Below are positions 30,588 to 32,000 of a stretch of DNA of 32,000 bases, piece after piece. The translations under genes and the position numbers were made by a program. Position 1 is the first letter of the stretch. The number at the start of each line of letters is the position of its first letter. The notes beneath the pieces were generated by a model that was not told the origin of the DNA, ran no database searches, and saw nothing but the letters and a program-made list of their open reading frames with translations. Origin of the DNA: Mycobacterium leprae TN (GTDB lineage: Bacteria > Actinomycetota > Actinomycetes > Mycobacteriales > Mycobacteriaceae); assembly GCF_000195855.1 (NCBI RefSeq), contig NC_002677.1, forward strand, positions 1,350,001-1,382,000. Reading direction: 5' to 3'.

Positions 30588-30638
30588 TACTTTGTCTCCT
30601 CCTGCACTGAAAGTATTGATTAGCAGCGATTTTCGCAA

Positions 30639-30941
30639 CTAGCTGCCAGAAAGGATTTTCCTCGAGTTCTCTTCTTGGTGCTCGTAGCGATCGGCGGCGG
30701 TACCCAGCTGGTCACGCACGTCCTGCAGCAGGGTCACTATGTGGCGAAACGCCTGATTTATCTGCCCCATGGTGTCGTGGGAGGTCAACTGGGCGGTCCC
30801 ACTCCAGCCCGCACCAGCGATGTCCATCGAGGACATGAACATCTTGTGGGACTCGTCTCGCACGTTCTGGGCGTGCATGTCAAATTTGCGCGCCATGTCC
30901 CGCATCGCCTGTGGGTCGGTCATAAAATGTGCAGCTGTCAT
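30639..30941 (-). CDS. esxK: CFP-10-like WXG100 protein (EsxK / QILSS-subfamily-like)
   Basis: 'MTAAHFMTDPQAMRDMARKFDMHAQNVRDESHKMFMSSMDIAGAGWSGTAQLTSHDTMGQINQAFRHIV...' The C-terminal 'RKILSGS' resembles the QILSS tail. It sits directly upstream of the esxL-like gene. Confidence 0.93.
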   Translation of the reverse strand: MTAAHFMTDPQAMRDMARKFDMHAQNVRDESHKMFMSSMDIAGAGWSGTAQLTSHDTMGQINQAFRHIVTLLQDVRDQLGTAADRYEHQEENSRKILSGS

Positions 30942-31003
30942 CCTTTATAATTTCCTTCCATTGATTTCGTTGCGTTGTGGATGAAACGTCAACCTCGCAG
31001 CTT

Positions 31004-32000
31004 TTATCCCGCTGCGGGGTTGCGGGGCATCACGAAAGCTCTTGGTTGCAGGCGTAGTGCAGTGTTGACGCCGCCAGTACCGCTGCCTCCGCCAGGGACC
31101 ATAGGTGCCATCGGTAGCCCGCCCCCCAGCAGCGGCGCCGATTCGCTTTCGGTTGCGACGGCCACCCTGGCTGGCGACAATGCGCGCGTCGCTGCCGTAA
31201 CCGGCTGGCTGGCCGTGGTCCAAGTTTGCGGCACCCGCAACGAGCCGATCGACGCGGCCCGACCCAATTGAGCAGTCACGTGACCACCCGAGCTTGAACC
31301 CAGCAATCCGCGGCCTGTCGACTGTACAGCACTTCCCATCGCCTTAAACGCGCTTTCTGCTGCCTTGGTCGTCGTCGGCGCCAAGCTCTTCATCGCCGAA
31401 CCCATGCCGTTGACCAATGACAAACCCGCATTGGCCATGCCCGCATGGTTGTTGATCATCGATAAGGTGTCGTTTATGGGCGACAAGTGTTGTGCAAAGC
31501 CCCCCCACAACTGTGGTGCGGCAGCCGACGAAGAGTCAGGAACAGCTGTTTGTGGGGTGGCGACGTCTACATTTACTTGCTGGTCCACTTGCGGTACGAC
31601 AGTAGCTTCCATCCCCTCATTGACCGCCTGATCGAGTGCGGCTTGGCTGATTGCCTGCTCGGCCTCAACAACCTCCTCAACAACCTCCTCAACAACCTCC
31701 TCAACAACCTCCTCAACAACCTCCTGGGCTAACCCGACCTCATTGACCCCCAGCGGCGGCGCCGTAAATGCTTTCGTCGCCCCCACTGCCTCCAGCACAC
31801 TAGCTTGATAGCTGGTCATTGCTGCCGCGTCTTGGATCCACATCTCGGTGTATTCGGCCTCCTTCTCCGCGATCGCGGTGGAGTTTTGCCCGAAAATGTT
31901 GCTCATAATCAGCAGGCATGCTTGCGCGCGGTTCACGAACACCATCAGGGGCGGCACCGTCATTGTAAAAGCTGTTTCGTAGGCGTTCGCTGCTACCGTG
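31004..32000 (-). CDS. PPE-family protein (SVP-type C-terminus); the N-terminus lies beyond the right edge of the window
   Basis: The PPE-domain segment is 'VPPLMVFVNRAQACLLIMSNIFGQNSTAIAEKEAEYTEMWIQDAAAMTSYQ'. The frame stays open to position 32000, so the first Met of the ORF track (31963) is internal. The C-terminus has a GxxSVPxxW-like 'GSLRVPQTW'. The stop is at 31004..31006. Confidence 0.9.
   Translation of the reverse strand, partial: TVAANAYETAFTMTVPPLMVFVNRAQACLLIMSNIFGQNSTAIAEKEAEYTEMWIQDAAAMTSYQASVLEAVGATKAFTAPPLGVNEVGLAQEVVEEVVEEVVEEVVEEVVEAEQAISQAALDQAVNEGMEATVVPQVDQQVNVDVATPQTAVPDSSSAAAPQLWGGFAQHLSPINDTLSMINNHAGMANAGLSLVNGMGSAMKSLAPTTTKAAESAFKAMGSAVQSTGRGLLGSSSGGHVTAQLGRAASIGSLRVPQTWTTASQPVTAATRALSPARVAVATESESAPLLGGGLPMAPMVPGGGSGTGGVNTALRLQPRAFVMPRNPAAG
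31663..31725. repeat. 12-bp x 5.25 perfect tandem repeat (minisatellite) inside the PPE CDS
   Basis: 'cctcaacaacct' is repeated 5 times (31663..31722) plus a partial 'cct'. On the coding (minus) strand it encodes (EEVV)5: 'QEVVEEVVEEVVEEVVEEVVEEVVEAEQ'. Confidence 0.95.

Overview
This window reads as a high-GC mycobacterial chromosome segment in advanced reductive decay. It most resembles Mycobacterium leprae or M. lepromatosis; that assignment comes from recalled protein sequences, not a database search. From 1 to about 23.2 kb, gene order is colinear with my recollection of M. tuberculosis Rv1320c-Rv1343c.

I recognise 17 apparently intact CDS: nucS, a methylmalonyl-CoA epimerase-like VOC protein, fadA4, a thioredoxin-fold/TPR protein, clpS, a DUF2017 protein, a DmpA-like peptidase, a rhomboid protease, murI, an MBL-fold protein, rph, rdgB, a DUF3817 membrane protein, lprD, an esxL-like gene, an esxK-like gene and a PPE gene. 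There is also one tRNA-Leu(UAG).

I recognise 15 pseudogenes, covering roughly half the bases by my coordinates:
- an adenylate cyclase;
- glgB, glgE and glgP;
- dinG and pncB;
- mec, cysO and cysM;
- an NmrA-like gene;
- a five-gene decayed acyl-CoA catabolic operon (SDR, thiolase, CoA-transferase, acyl-CoA dehydrogenase, GntR regulator).

Pseudogene calls rest on homologous peptide segments that are split across frames and interrupted by in-frame stops on the expected strand.

Other features:
- two MIRU-like intergenic repeats;
- three short tandem duplications inside dead DNA;
- a 12-bp x5 in-frame minisatellite inside the PPE gene;
- a stop-to-stop inverted repeat between convergent genes.

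I found no CRISPR array, no intact mobile element, and no convincing novel multi-gene system such as a defence, toxin or biosynthetic cluster. The interest here is the pattern of pathway-level gene death and the small repeats. About 2.3 kb (23222-24075 and 28888-30299) stays unassigned. All homology statements are from memory of protein families and need alignment to confirm.
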